A stretch of DNA of 52,200 nt, filler included, from Bipalium vagum (Eukaryota), in NCBI GenBank assembly GCA_037834085.1. It is 3 parts of 3 records of this genome, joined end to end, with 100 filler letters (N's around TTAATTAATTAA, not from the genome) between each part and the next. Parts side by side here need not be neighbours in the genome. Positions count along the whole stretch, not along the records: positions 1 to 15,998 come from JBBMKC010133592.1; 2 more parts are not named here. One strand, given 5' to 3'. Positions 1 to 12,168 of this stretch are shown here, piece by piece. The notes under the pieces were generated by a model that was given only the letters and a program-made list of their open reading frames with translations, had not been told where the DNA came from and made no database searches. A program made the translations under genes and the position numbers. The first letter of the stretch is position 1. Each line of letters opens with the position of its first letter.

Positions 1-256
1 TAAAGTCGAACTGAGATCAAGAATCTGTCAGGCATTTCAAGATTTGTCTCCGGTGGTCGTCAAACATGCCTGTTCTCACTTCAGAAGTCGTCTTGAGGAG
101 GTTATTAATGCAAAAGGCGGATTTATTGAATGAATTATATCTATCAATAACCACTTTATGTTCTTATTTGTAATTTTTAATAAATATTTAAAATTATAAC
201 TTTACAGTTGTTTTTCATTAATTCATTTTCCGCACCAATTCTACTCGCTCACCCTG
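1..256 (+). mobile_element. 3' end of Tc1/mariner-superfamily transposon (transposase C-terminus + TIR)
   Basis: Reads ...ICQAFQDLSPVVVKHACSHFRSRLEEVINAKGGFIE*, a typical Tc1-like C-terminus. Ends in CACCCTG followed by TA. Confidence 0.75.
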
Positions 257-520
257 TATATTATATACTATTTTATAAAAAATGTTCTCATTTTGTTAAT
301 TCTATTCTGAAGGACATCTTAAAGATAATATAAAAGATGAACGTATAAGATTAAATTTTCTTTTATTTTTCTGAAATAATTAGTCTTTTTTATAAACTTG
401 CTTAATAAATAACACAGCAACGTAATTAATAAACACAGTAAGCGTAGGAATGTGATGAAAAGAATATTATTGTCTATTGTGTTTTATATATCTGATATCG
501 AAAATGGGGATAACCTACAA

Positions 521-760
521 ATTCTTATCATGGTGATCACATTATTAATGACTTAATGTCAGAAACCTAAATGAAAAGGTGATGTGATTGAGAAGTTTAT
601 AGAAGACTGTACGAAATACTTTGATCGTATTCGTGTGAAAAAGAAAAAGAAAGATCTGTGTTGTAGACTTGATGGATCGGGTGTTAAGTGAACCTTATAA
701 ATACGGCGAATAATTGAAGGTGACCTTTCTAATGTTATAAAAAAATAAGATTAAAATTTA
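521..760 (+). mobile_element. Degenerate LTR-retrotransposon 5' relic (LTR end, PBS, gag start)
   Basis: ...TTATCA|TGGTGATCAC (LTR-ending CA + PBS-like), then degenerate MSET..IEKFIEDCTKYFDRIRVKKKKKD. This resembles the gag N-terminus MPETFRKNDNLEEFIANCVRFFDASKMDKKKRE at 26039 (minus). Confidence 0.55.
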
Positions 761-836
761 TGAGAATAATTGATGTTATAAATTTTTGAATGGATATCAT
801 TTTAGGTAGTTAATTTTTGAAGAATATCATTAAAAA

Positions 837-1111
837 CAGTGGCCTTCAACCTGGACGATGTCGCCCACTAGTGGGCATTTTGAAATATTGAGTGAGCGTT
901 AGGAAAAGTCCTTGGCATCGAAACATCAAGCACAGAGGTCTCATTGACTCTTTCAACTACTATACTAGTTGTAGATATTGCATTCTCTTTTGTCAATAAA
1001 CATTATTTGGATTTTAATAAGTTTTTCAAAGTTTGGATGGGCGATAGATTTTTTTATAGATGGGAATGTAGCAAAAGTGGGCGTCAGGCTAAAAAAGGTT
1101 GAAGGCCACTG
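837..1111. mobile_element. hAT-like MITE (275 bp)
   Basis: Perfect 16-bp TIRs CAGTGGCCTTCAACCT / AGGTTGAAGGCCACTG. Flanks ATTAAAAA / ATAAAAAG fit a decayed 8-bp TSD. No coding capacity. Confidence 0.8.
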
Positions 1112-2469
1112 ATAAAAAGAATGAAATCTTCATTGATTATTATACAGTGAAATTTGTAATAAAATTATTAAACATTAAAGAAATATTTTGTTTGGTAAAA
1201 TATAAAATGTTTTATCACAAAATTAGGCTTATCATCATATCGAATTTCTGAAGGCCTTCAGGAAATAATTAATAAATTTATAAAATAAAATACCAAAAAA
1301 TAGAAAAAAATAGAAGAAAAGAGAATTTTGATTAAAAATATTTTATTTCGTAACAGAAAAAATATTTAAAAAGATTTCCAAATTCTCTTTAACATTAAAT
1401 TACATTCTTACGTTTTCATAATTTTATTATTTATTTTCAATAATTCTTTTAATTATTTTTTCAGACACATTTTTCATTAACAGCATTACAATTACTAAAT
1501 TAATGAAGTAATTCTATTACCAAATTCAATAAAAAGAAAATCACAAAAATTAAACCAAAAAATTATCCAGATCACTCTACTAATAATTGAAAGTAAAAAG
1601 ATGGCTGTCTTTTAAGAATAATTCCAATTATATTATTTTTTGCAAAATTATTTTTAAAAATAATATCAGTGAAAAACGTTCGTATTCGAAAATTTATAAA
1701 TAAATTAAATAAGTAATTAAAAATTAAATTAATTAAAATAATATTGGTTCTTCCGGATTGGTTGAACAATTAAATGGAAAATGAATATCATTTATACAGT
1801 TAGGTTTAAGATAGTAACGAATGTTTCTCCCAATGTTGAGATCAGTAAAATAATAAATCTGTAACACGAAAAGTTTCTTAGAGCTGAAGCGTCAGTGTCT
1901 TCGACTGAAATTATATTTTATTATGTTTGTTTATCAACGGTTAAAAGTGACGATTTTCAACTCAAAGTCGGTCAACACTTGCAATTGTTTGACTTGGCAA
2001 TATTGCCATATTGCTGACAGAGGAGTCTGTAAATAGTCTTGAAAGCTTTCTGACGCCTGAATCTGTTTTTTTTCGTCGGAAAAGATTTATATCATATTTT
2101 TCTAATTTATCCATTTTACGCCCAGTCCTTTTAAAATTATATATTTGATATTCGGATTTTAAAATGAGAGTTAAGAATTATTTATTTATTTTTAATATTT
2201 TTCATTTGACATTACCAACAAATAGGTGTAATGAATGATAAATTTTTTGTGTAATAACTTATTTCCGGTCGAAGGTGCAAGCTCACTGAAAAAATATTAA
2301 AATATTGTACCTTGCTTGTTTTAACAAAATTTTTGGACCATTGAATTTAATAAAATTGTGCTTGAAAACTAATTTTGAAAAGTTTTTAAAATTTATGTAT
2401 ACTTTTGTATTTTTGATCTAAACATATTCATTTTTTGGTACAAATTTTGCAGTTAAAGTCATACCTTTA

Positions 2470-3185
2470 GTAACAAGTAAGTATCAGATTTTTAAACAAT
2501 GCAATTTTTAAATGTATTTCAACCAATTTTAATTTAAATGTGAATTTTTATGTAAGCCTTTAATTGTTTTAATAAGTTAATATAATCACATTTAAATACA
2601 AAAAATTGACAATTTTTTCAGATTTATGAGGAGCAACCTGTAACATCTGTAAAAAATTCTGCTTAAAAATTGGATACTGTTTTAAAACAGTACATAATTT
2701 GTCGGAAACAAGATCAAAACAAATTTTTCAAGAGGATGGATGTCTTGGTGATTAATCGCTTGAAGTTAGAAATTCTTTAATTATCACATCTAACGGAAGA
2801 TGGACTGGGAGAGCAGGAACATTCCATTGAGCAGCGAAATCACCAGATCTTTCCAAGATGGACTTCTTAGTTTGGGGATGTCTAAAGACAAATGTTTATA
2901 TAAGAAAACCAAAGAAGCTTAAAAATCTCACAGATGCAATCGTAGAACAGGCAGCTAAATTATTACCCAAAATTTATAAACATGATACAAATAATATAAT
3001 TTCTTTTTATCGTCAATTACAAGATTGTATTAGCGTTAATAGACCTTCTGTTGAAAAATATTAATTTTTAATAAATGTTTTTCACTGTGACTAAAATCCA
3101 GTGCTACGTATGTTAATCCTCGTATATTAAGTACATATAACAATATTACATTTCAAAATCTGATAATTACTTTGTACACACCCTC
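2470..3185 (+). mobile_element. Internally deleted Tc1-like transposon
   Basis: Relic KSPDLSKMDFLVWGCLKTNVY...LQDCISVNRPSVEKY* (WPPRSPDL/WGYLK-type motifs). Imperfect inverted termini AAGTAAGTATCAGATTTT / AAAATCTGATAATTACTT. Confidence 0.75.
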
Positions 3186-3530
3186 TATAATAAATTAGTA
3201 ATTTTCTTTAAAAATGTTTAGCTATTTTATTATTAAAGTTCTTTTGTTTGTCACAGCATATTTTTGCTCTAGTTCCAGATAGAATTTTTATATTTGTAAA
3301 CATTAGTTTTAAAACGTTCCTCACTAGGGAAAATATCCGATGTAAAAATTAGGAGAGTATTATAAAACGCTTCCGTAGTCAGTTAATGGACGTTTGTCTT
3401 TATAATTGACAATCACATTAGATGAACCAAATTAAGAATAAAAGCAGTTTGAAAATGGCGGGCTTTCCTTTGGCCATTTATTATCAAAAAAATAAAAAGA
3501 TGAATAGAACAATGTATATAATAGTAAAAT

Positions 3531-4066
3531 TTAAACAAACGAAAACATATCTAGTAATTGGACTAAAATGAAAGTTAGGAAAGGAAATGCTATTGTTATC
3601 ATAACATGAACTGGGCGAGTACCGTTTTTATATCTCTCGAAAACCGGGTTGGAAGAAATCGTCGAATTGACAATGCTATCTACAAACGACTGGAGCTGTT
3701 GTTCATAATTGAAATGGCAATTTGAAGGTAAAGTCTCTCTGAAGTAATTGAGAATTAACCTGACTGCGTCGGGGGGACAGCGATTGTGAAGTAAGTGATA
3801 GAGACATTCCAGTTTCATTTTCGATGCTCTGCCCAAAAGTAGTGACATGGGAAAATGACAATTAATAATTTTGCTTTACTTGCATTCGTAATTGTTTAAA
3901 ATCAATCTTATACTGTTGTAATACTGAATTTGGTTGTCGAATTTATCTTGAGAACGGATTTCGATGGACTTGATTGCTTCAACGATCACCGGAGCTTTAT
4001 TTTTGACACATACCTGAGCCTCATTTTCCTGTTCCACAAAGCATTTTGTTCTGTACTCATTGAATA
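3531..4066 (-). CDS. Last two exons (4066-3880, 3828-3531) of an unidentified Cys-containing protein with a hydrophobic C-terminus; 5' part unresolved
   Basis: A 51-nt GT-AG intron (3879-3829) joins two open frames in phase: ..NEYRTKCFVEQENEAQVCVKNKAPVIVEAIKSIEIRSQDKFDNQIQYYNSIRLILNNYECK|ASKMKLECLYHLLHNRCPPDAVRLILNYFRETLPSNC...VMITIAFPFLTFILVQLLDMFSFV*. Confidence 0.6.
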
Positions 4067-4175
4067 CTGCATTTAAAGATCAGAAATGTGACCATATATA
4101 TCTTTAAAATCAATGAAAGATTGAAAATAATAATGATAATAAATAATATTTATCTAAGAAAAACATTTTTTTCTA

Positions 4176-5057
4176 CAAGATGTTCGATAAGTCTATTCAT
4201 AATTTATTTTTATTATTACTTCCAAAATGAAAAGGTTTACAATAAATGATTCATGCGTAAAAAGTAATTTGAATACTGACGTTTAATTTAGTCTAAGTAA
4301 AACATTTGATTATTTGTTTTAATATCGATAAAGGTGTTTTTATAAATTTCAGAATGTTGACCACAGAAGAAAGATTTTTTGTGTGTTTTGAATCTCATAC
4401 CTCAAAATTAGTAATCTTAGTTCAACGGTTTCCGGTTGTGTGAATAGTCACAACTGCATCTTATGGGTTCATGAAAATCCGGGAAACATCCAAGAATATT
4501 AGCAAAAGTCAATGTTTGAATAGCGATGTCTTTCAACAAATTAATTGGTCTCTACTTTTTGCCACCAGACTCTGAAATCAGAAAATTATTTACAGATGCT
4601 CCAAGATTATTTTGTAACTACCCTTAAAATCCATAGAATTCTGAGAAAATTATTTTTCCAATAAGAATGAGCACCTCAACATTGGACTATGGCACTAAGT
4701 TAATTTCTCAATGATTGGGGTGAGATTCAATTATTTGGGTTTCCAGGAGTCCAGATATTTTCTTGTGGGGTTATCTAAAGAACATTGTCTATCATAACTC
4801 TATATTCACCACTAATGAATTGAAGAAAAGACTTACTGACGCCTGCTTTGAAATAAACAAATCAATGCTGAGCAGAGTAGTGAGAAATTGCACTCTTCGT
4901 TTCATGTTATGCAAAGACAAAATGAACATCATTTTGAATACACTTTATGACAACATAAGCTGTAGTTATTGATAATGTAAATAAAAAAATTAAATGCTTC
5001 TTTTTTTATAATATTTACAAATTCTTAAAATAATGCATAGACTTATCGAACACCTTG
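4176..5057 (+). mobile_element. Non-autonomous Tc1-like element with both TIRs and TA TSD
   Basis: TIRs CAAGATGTTCGATAAGTCTATTCAT / ATGCATAGACTTATCGAACACCTTG flanked by TA. Relic WGYLKNIVY...ELKKRLTDAC. Confidence 0.85.
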
Positions 5058-5502
5058 TACATTATGTAAAACTGTGAAACTTTATTTAATAAAATCTATA
5101 ATTATATTAAGTTCTAAGAAAAAATTAAAACGATCATTAAAACAAATAATTAAAAGAATTAATTTGAAATTTTATAAATTTTTGATTAAGTGTCAATAAT
5201 AAATAATTAATATCCTGAATTGAATTTATTATTTTAAGAACTCAGGGAATTTAGGAATTCTCTGTTCTGTCACAGAAAATTGAAACTTCCCAATTGATCT
5301 CTTGCAATTGTTTAAATGGATAGTAATACAAAATCTGAATAATAATAAACTAAAAAATAAATTTTATTTCTTTAAATTATAAGAGATTTTATTTAGAATA
5401 AAATATCAGTTTATGATAAATATAATTAATTATTCAATGGATGAAAATTTTTTATTTCATAAGAAATTATTAAATAAAACCAGCAAAAATTATTATTGAG
5501 GA

Positions 5503-5556
<54 letters not shown>
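5503..5556. repeat. (AAT)n microsatellite
   Basis: Pure AAT tract. Confidence 0.95.
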
Positions 5557-5576
5557 TTAACCACAATGATCTAATA

Positions 5577-6297
5577 CAGGGTGGTCATCCGAAAACCGGG
5601 AAATTTAAAAAAAATTATTGTCATTATACATTCAATTTCATTATTTATCATTTCATAATTATTGATTTTTTTAGATAGCTTATTTGATGCGAGAAGGAAA
5701 AATATTATCAGATTTTGGGAGACAAGTAATAAATTCTGTTTAAGACGGAAAATCCTACATGGGAATTAATAAAATGTTCAAAGGTGTTACCTGATTTTTT
5801 TGGAAAGGTTACCAAACACAAATTTAATAATGCCGTTGCATGTTTTAAAGCAAATCTGTTACAAATTATCCGGAAAAAAAGAATAGGATCCCATAACCGA
5901 GTTTCTGATGAGAAACGTGAAAATGTGAAGGCTTTAGCTTTATCACCAGTTCGTCTGGAAAATAGTGAAAGGAAGCACTTGAGCCAGCAAGTAATATCCC
6001 GGGAACTGGAAATATCAAAAAATCTGTTTTTAATATCATGAAACAAAAGAGGCTGAAGTGTAAAGAGAAAAGTCCAATTTCCTCACTCCACAGCATAAAA
6101 TGATGCGCATGAATAAGTCCCAGACACTAGCTAATCGTTTTGAATAAATGGATGCTTGGCAACGGAAGCTCTAATCCCACGGTTAGAACAATGTCATGCT
6201 GCGCAAGGAAGCAATTTTGAACATTTATGAAATTCATGTATATTTGTAGTAAATAACAATTTTTTTGAAATTTCCCGGTTTTCGGATGACTACGCTG
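5577..6297 (+). mobile_element. Non-autonomous Tc1-like element with both TIRs and TA TSD
   Basis: TIRs CAGGGTGGTCATCCGAAAACCGGGAAATTT / AAATTTCCCGGTTTTCGGATGACTACGCTG with TA on both sides. Decayed transposase N-terminus and C-terminus (RLEQCHAAQGSNFEHL). Confidence 0.9.
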
Positions 6298-6559
6298 TAT
6301 TATCAAAGTTTGTTTTTAAAGATTTCTATGAACTTTGTAATTTTTAAACTTAGTGAAAGCACAGAATCTTAATTATTAAATATTGACTTTTAGTTACTGC
6401 AAAGATATTTTATTTAGACTATTTAAGTGAATTTGGATGGATACAAATTTGAAAATAAAGATATTTAGTTGCGTAAAATATTCAGTTTCAATAAGTAAGC
6501 AAGTTAAAAAAATTTTTAATTTATCTAATGAAAATGAAGTTTCAGGTTGAATAAGTTGA

Positions 6560-6880
6560 GGATCTTCGACAAATATTATTGTTCGAGTATAATCAAGGAG
6601 CAAAAGCTAAGAGGCCGCTAAGACTATATGTTCAGTTTACAGTAAAGGTGCTATCAGCAAAAGTAAGACTATTTCTCGATTCGTAAAGTACAATTTCGAA
6701 TTTAGTCTAGTACAGCGTTCCGAAAGAAGATCTGATGTGGATTAAGACTACCTAAATCAATCTTTTCAGGAAAATTCTCGTCAAATGACTTCCGAATTGA
6801 TAAATAAAATTGGTATAGATCAAGCGACCACTGTTCGACATTTGCATAAAATGGAGAAGGTGCAAAATGGATATCTCAAG
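6560..6880 (+). mobile_element. Degenerate mariner N-terminal fragment
   Basis: Relic ..SRQMTSELINKIGIDQATTVRHLHKMEKVQ, resembling the second mariner HTH/GKV region. Confidence 0.55.
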
Positions 6881-7855
6881 TTATTAGCAACTCTTTGGTT
6901 ACCCGCCATCACTCTTCTGAACAACAGTATCAGTCTTTTTAATCTAATATTTTATCAACACTTACATTTCCTTACAGATTTATCTTCATTTCTTTTCAAC
7001 ATATGTAAATAACCCAAATGATTCTGAGCATATTACAGATTATGGTAAAGATAAAAACACTCAATCAGAAACCTCTAAGGAAAAATGTGTATAAGGCCTG
7101 AAATTTTCATTTAAAGATCAAAAATTGTTTTTTAATTACGTTTATTTTTATTTTAAAATAAATAAAAGTCAAATAAATTATTTATATTTCTATAAATAGT
7201 AACCAATGAAATGCTTTAGAATAAATAAATTGAGATATTAATAATTTTCTCTTTTTGAGAAGCACCGGTCAAACCGACAGTGAGGGAATGTTTTTACTCT
7301 CTCATTTTATTTTGAAAGTCTGTGTGAAGATGTAATCAGTGATTTATTTTCTATTGTCTTTTTATTCAATCCATAACAAAAGGTTATTCACTAAAGTCAT
7401 TTGATAAAAAATACATTTTTCAATATTACCCGAGCAAATTCTTTTATTATTGGCAGATAAAAGAACCAGTCTACTATAGATTTTAACAGTTTCTGTATTA
7501 TTTCCCGAGTTTCTTGTCCCAAGATTTTTAAAAACATTTATTTCATAAAATTATTTGAAAGTATTTTTATAATCATTTATTTTTTTATTATCATTTTATA
7601 CCATTATCTTGAAAATAAAAATAATAATAAATAAAATAATTCGAAAACGATTTGAATAAAAATACACCAACAAAAATATCAAGTGTAGCAGCGGGATTAA
7701 TAAAAGAATTTCTTATCTTTGGCAAAGGAGATTTAATTAATATATTAACGAATATATTACGATTTATCTGTGATGACAGAATAATATATACTGGTAAAAT
7801 GCAAATATGATTTCTGATAACAATATTCTAGACATAGGTTTTGGTATTGATTTTA

Positions 7856-8520
7856 CTAGGTTGACCGGAAAGACTGCATATTTAGTTATAATTTCACATT
7901 TTTATTTTAAAGTAAATTACATTTTGTTTTGCGAAGAGTTATATATTATTTTAAAGCGTGGTTCTCATATAACGTAATATTATTTTAAAATTTTGTTAGA
8001 TTTAATTTTATTTTAAAGATTTATCCAGTTTGAAATGAATGAAGATAAAATAGCATTTATTGCACTTATGTGCCATTATTGGAAAAAGAGGAAAGTGAAA
8101 AAGCGGCAGCCGAACAAATTTGTGAAGTTGAAGGTATATGTATAGTCAGTCGAAATACCGCAGCAATCTGGCTGAAATGATTCAACAAAGACGAAACCAG
8201 TCTAGTTGACAAACCGCAACCAGGTCGCCCATCAGACTTCGATGAAGAGGCATTATGCATCGCCTTAGAAAAAATCTTATTCAAGTTGTAGAAAATTGCA
8301 ATAAGAATTGCCATTCCTAAGTCTATAAATATTTAATTTACCTGAATTATGAATATAAAGGACCAAGACAAGATCCACATCAATTGACAGTCGCACAAGT
8401 CATAAAACGAATTGAAATCTGCAATCATTCCTTCAAAAACAAGTTGGCAATAGATTTAGGAAAGAATTGTTACGTGCGATGAAAAATGGATACATTCATC
8501 AATTTAGAGAAGTAGTTTTC
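7856..8520 (+). mobile_element. Mariner 5' half (TIR + decayed transposase)
   Basis: TA+CTAGGTTGACCGG terminus. From 8035 it reads MNEDKIAFIALMCHYWKK..AAAEQICEVEG..W..F..DKPQPGRP, and later RIVTCDEKWI. Confidence 0.8.
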
Positions 8521-8599
8521 CATGGGGTTAAAGAAGGAGGGATATAGTGGAAGAATCATTAGCCTAGAACTTGAATCTTCAAATCTTAACTTTCCTTCT

Positions 8600-9381
8600 T
8601 TTTGTTTGTGTGTCAATTTAAAATGATTGAACGATTAATTTCCTAGTTTTATTTGGAACTGTCATCATGAAAAAATTAGAAAATTTTCATTTGAATACAA
8701 AAAAGTTTATACATTACAAAACCATTAGTAATAAATCTTTTTGAACAAACTTGAAATGTCGTGTCCATAGAAAAAAAATCAGAATTGTTTTGTAAAAGCT
8801 AAATTTATTCTTCACGATAAAACAAATGAAATATAAGAAGTTGATGATGATGAAGAAATTAAATTTCTCTGGCAATTTTTAAGAGAGGTTAATGAAAAAG
8901 ATGATCAAATTAGCTTAGACGATAGATATATCTCACTAGATCAACCGATAGCTACAGATGGAATACCATCTTTGAAAACATTGTTACATCTATAATAATG
9001 AATAGTATTTATGATGAAGAGAGTGAACCTGAACTAGCCACAGTTTCAAATAAAGAAGCAAGCCAGGCATGATATATTTTACAGCGTTTTTTTTTAGAAA
9101 AAAATGAGAATAACCCAGCCATTTTGAAAAAATGTTATAAAAGTGATGACATAATGGACAAAATAAGCTTGAAGAATTTGAAACAAAAAATATGTTTGAA
9201 TATCAAATAAATAAGTCGTAATATGATGTTATTTTTCTGATTATTTTAATTTTAAAATATAATCATGTATGTATAATCATGTTTCATTTTTTCCACTGGA
9301 TGATTATGTAATCAAAATTGGTAAGTATATAACGACAGTCTGACCGTTCCCGAGAGGTGTCGTTATAAAGAGGTTTAACTG
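8600..9381 (+). mobile_element. pogo/Tigger-like transposon 3' relic
   Basis: Acidic decayed C-terminal coding relic ending ..NLKQK. Terminus CGTTATAAAGAGGTTTAACTG+TA resembles pogo/Tigger TIRs. Confidence 0.5.
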
Positions 9382-9676
9382 TACTAGATAAACTTTGTTT
9401 TGTGAAAAATGTTTAAGCATTAAATATTTAAAAATGACCTATCAATTCCTTTATTTACAAAAATTGATTAAATTTATTTAACTTACAGGATTGCAAAAGC
9501 TTCAACATTCCTAAAATTATAAAAATTTCAAAAAAATATTAAGGTTTGTTAGTGATTGCTGGGTTATAGGTTTTCTTAATTGAATTCTATGAAAAAGAGC
9601 TTAAAAATAACAACGATTGTTTAACACGAAACTAATTTTTTCAAAATTAACATGCAGGATTAAAAAGTATCAGATC

Positions 9677-10865
9677 AAAAGTAAGTATCAGATTTTAAAA
9701 TGTATTATTGTTAAATATACTTAAGATAGCACTGTAAGTTTCGACACATTGAAATAAATATATTAAGTATTAATATTTTTCAACAGAACATCAATTAATA
9801 TTAGGTTGTCCGGTATGAAATTGCGGATTTTCAATATTATTTTAAAAAGTCAAAAACAGCTTGTAAATAAATTTTATTAATTAAAAAATGTCCCATCGCT
9901 TTTGACAAACTGTTGCCATCGGGATAATAACAATTTAATTCCTTTTTGGCAAAACTCCTAACTTCTTGAATCTAAAAATTGAGCGATGTCCTTTTCGATG
10001 GCACCTTGGTCCTGGAAAAGTTTGTTAGCCAGAAATGCATCCATATGCTTGCACAGGTGGTAATCTGTAGGTGACAGATCTGGGGAATAAGCTGGATAAG
10101 GCAAAACTTCGTACTGTAAGTCATGTAATTTTTGTAAGGTCACTTTAGAAACATGTGGTCTTGTATTACCATGAAGCAAGATCGGTCCCTTTCGGCTTAC
10201 AAGACCTGGCTGTTTTGAATCAGCTTTGTGTGCATAGCCTCAATTTCTTGACAGTATGACTGTACGGTAATCGTTTCATCTGATTTCAAGAAATTGTAAT
10301 GTATAAGCCATCCTCAGACCACCACACAGTTATCATAGTCTTCTTGAGGTGAAGGCTTGGTTTAGACATGGTTTTCGGCTTCTCATCAGTATTTAGCCAT
10401 TGCGCTGATCGTCTCCGATTGTTGTACACAATCCACTTTTCATCGCATGTTATAATACGAGACAAAAAGGGATCAATTTGGTTCCGATTGATTAATGACG
10501 AACAGATTTGCAAGCGATATTTTTGTTGATTTTCTGTTAAATCATGGGAAATCCATGAATTAAGCTTCTTAACCTTACCAATATTAAAACAGTGCTGTAG
10601 TCGAAGATTAAAGAAATTCAACATTTTTAAACATTTGTGGTGATATTTTATCCGCCTATTTTTCGACAGCGTCTGTCAGATCCTTTTTCTTCTTTGGTTT
10701 TCTTTTATAAGCCTTTGTCTTTATATATCCAAAAGAAAGATCTGATGATCTCACAGTTCAATGGAATAACGCTTATCCAAAAATCCACCTTTGGTGAATG
10801 TAGTGTTCAAAAAATTCTAACTTGAATGGAGTAATCTGCAGAGCTACCAGTCCTGACTGAAAAAT
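9677..10865 (-). mobile_element. Tc1-like element (same family as 2470-3185) split by a nested mariner; host parts 9677-9800 and 10582-10865
   Basis: Both halves align by eye with 2720-3170 (YKRKPK..LTDAV..RLQHCFN|IN*CSVEKY*; AAAATCTGATACTTACTT terminus). Confidence 0.75.
9801..10581 (-). mobile_element. Mariner (DD34D) transposon, 5'-deleted and frameshifted
   Basis: Motifs IGKVKKLNSWISHDLT, IITCDEKWIVY, LHGNTRPH and YSPDLSPTDYHL. 3' TIR TTAGGTTGTCCGG next to TA. Confidence 0.92.
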
Positions 10866-11141
10866 AATTTTGATGTTGTGGTATGAAGTAAGACTTCAGC
10901 ATGTTTAAGCAGTTTGAACCATTAAAATTTTCATAAAAGGAAAAAGAAACTATAAACACGTCGCATCGATTTTTTTTCAATTTTCATGAATCTACATGTG
11001 ATTATATTAACTTATTAAAGCTTAGATAAAATGTTCAAAAATTCTATTTTCATAAAAAAGTGGCTTTAAATAGACTTTAAAAACAACGCGAAACATTTAT
11101 TTTTTGTGTTGTCTTAAAACATGGGATTTATATATCTCTAT

Positions 11142-11300
11142 NNNNNNNNNNNNNNNNNNNNNNNNNNNNNNNNNNNNNNNNNNNNNNNNNNNNNNNNNNN
11201 NNNNNNNNNNNNNNNNNNNNNNNNNNNNNNNNNNNNNNNNNNNNNNNNNNNNNNNNNNNNNNNNNNNNNNNNNNNNNNNNNNNNNNNNNNNNNNNNNNNA
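11142..11300. other. Assembly gap (N run)
   Basis: Ns. Confidence 1.
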
Positions 11301-12121
11301 AATTTTACCGGAATTTTGTTTTTACTTGTTATTAATATAATTAAAAAAAAGGGGAAATTATGTTAATTATTTCTTACTAAATTATATTAATTTTTTATAT
11401 CAAGTAGTTTTATATCCACAATTTTATTTTTATCATAAAAAGTAAATTGTCACAGCACGAGATCTTCAATTCTTAATTGTTTTAATTTATAACTTACATT
11501 AATTATTGATTTAACTTCGTTTAATTATTTTGTTATTAACTTTTTAACGTTATTATAATTGACATAAACTTATGATTCTAAAAGTAAGAATTCTTACGTA
11601 AAAAGGATCCTATTTACAAAAATGATTTTTTAAAAGTAAATATTTAAACAAAAAAATCAAATATTAACTTAAATTTAATTATAAACAAATATTGGAAAAC
11701 GTCACTGGGGCCATTAATAAAATATCTTTGTTCATAGATGGATTGTTAAATAAATTAAATCGTGGACAATATTTTTCATTTGACTTATCCTCCAATTTAC
11801 TGTCCTGCTTCGAAATTAAACGAAGGATCCAATCTTTTCGGATGACCACCACTCATAAAATTTACATTGAGACAAATCGAATTAATTTTATTTATCATAA
11901 ATCGAAAGACATCCAATTTTGTTTAAAATGCCTTTTGAAAAAGTTTAATTAATTTTTCAATTTGAAATGAGATTAAGATAATTAGTAATGGGAATTAATG
12001 TTTCATGGAAGATTCAGATGATCACCAAGGGTCATGGAGTACTATATTTAAAAAAATTATTTCTTTTCATAAATAGTAATCATACAAATATGACTCTATT
12101 TTACTGTATTGTAGATATAAA

Positions 12122-12124
<3 letters not shown>

Positions 12125-12166
<42 letters not shown>
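12125..12166. repeat. (AAT)n microsatellite
   Basis: AAT tract; explains the poly-Ile in ORF 11988-12230. Confidence 0.95.

Positions 12167-12168
<2 letters not shown>

Noticed and set aside
4067-4110. Possible TGA read-through or alternative genetic code extending the orphan exon
   Set aside because: An ordinary CAG acceptor at 4067 explains it, and ESD, CNNM and CYP translate with the standard code and end in TAG, TAA and TGA
11104-11366. ORFs containing X runs
   Set aside because: They span an N gap
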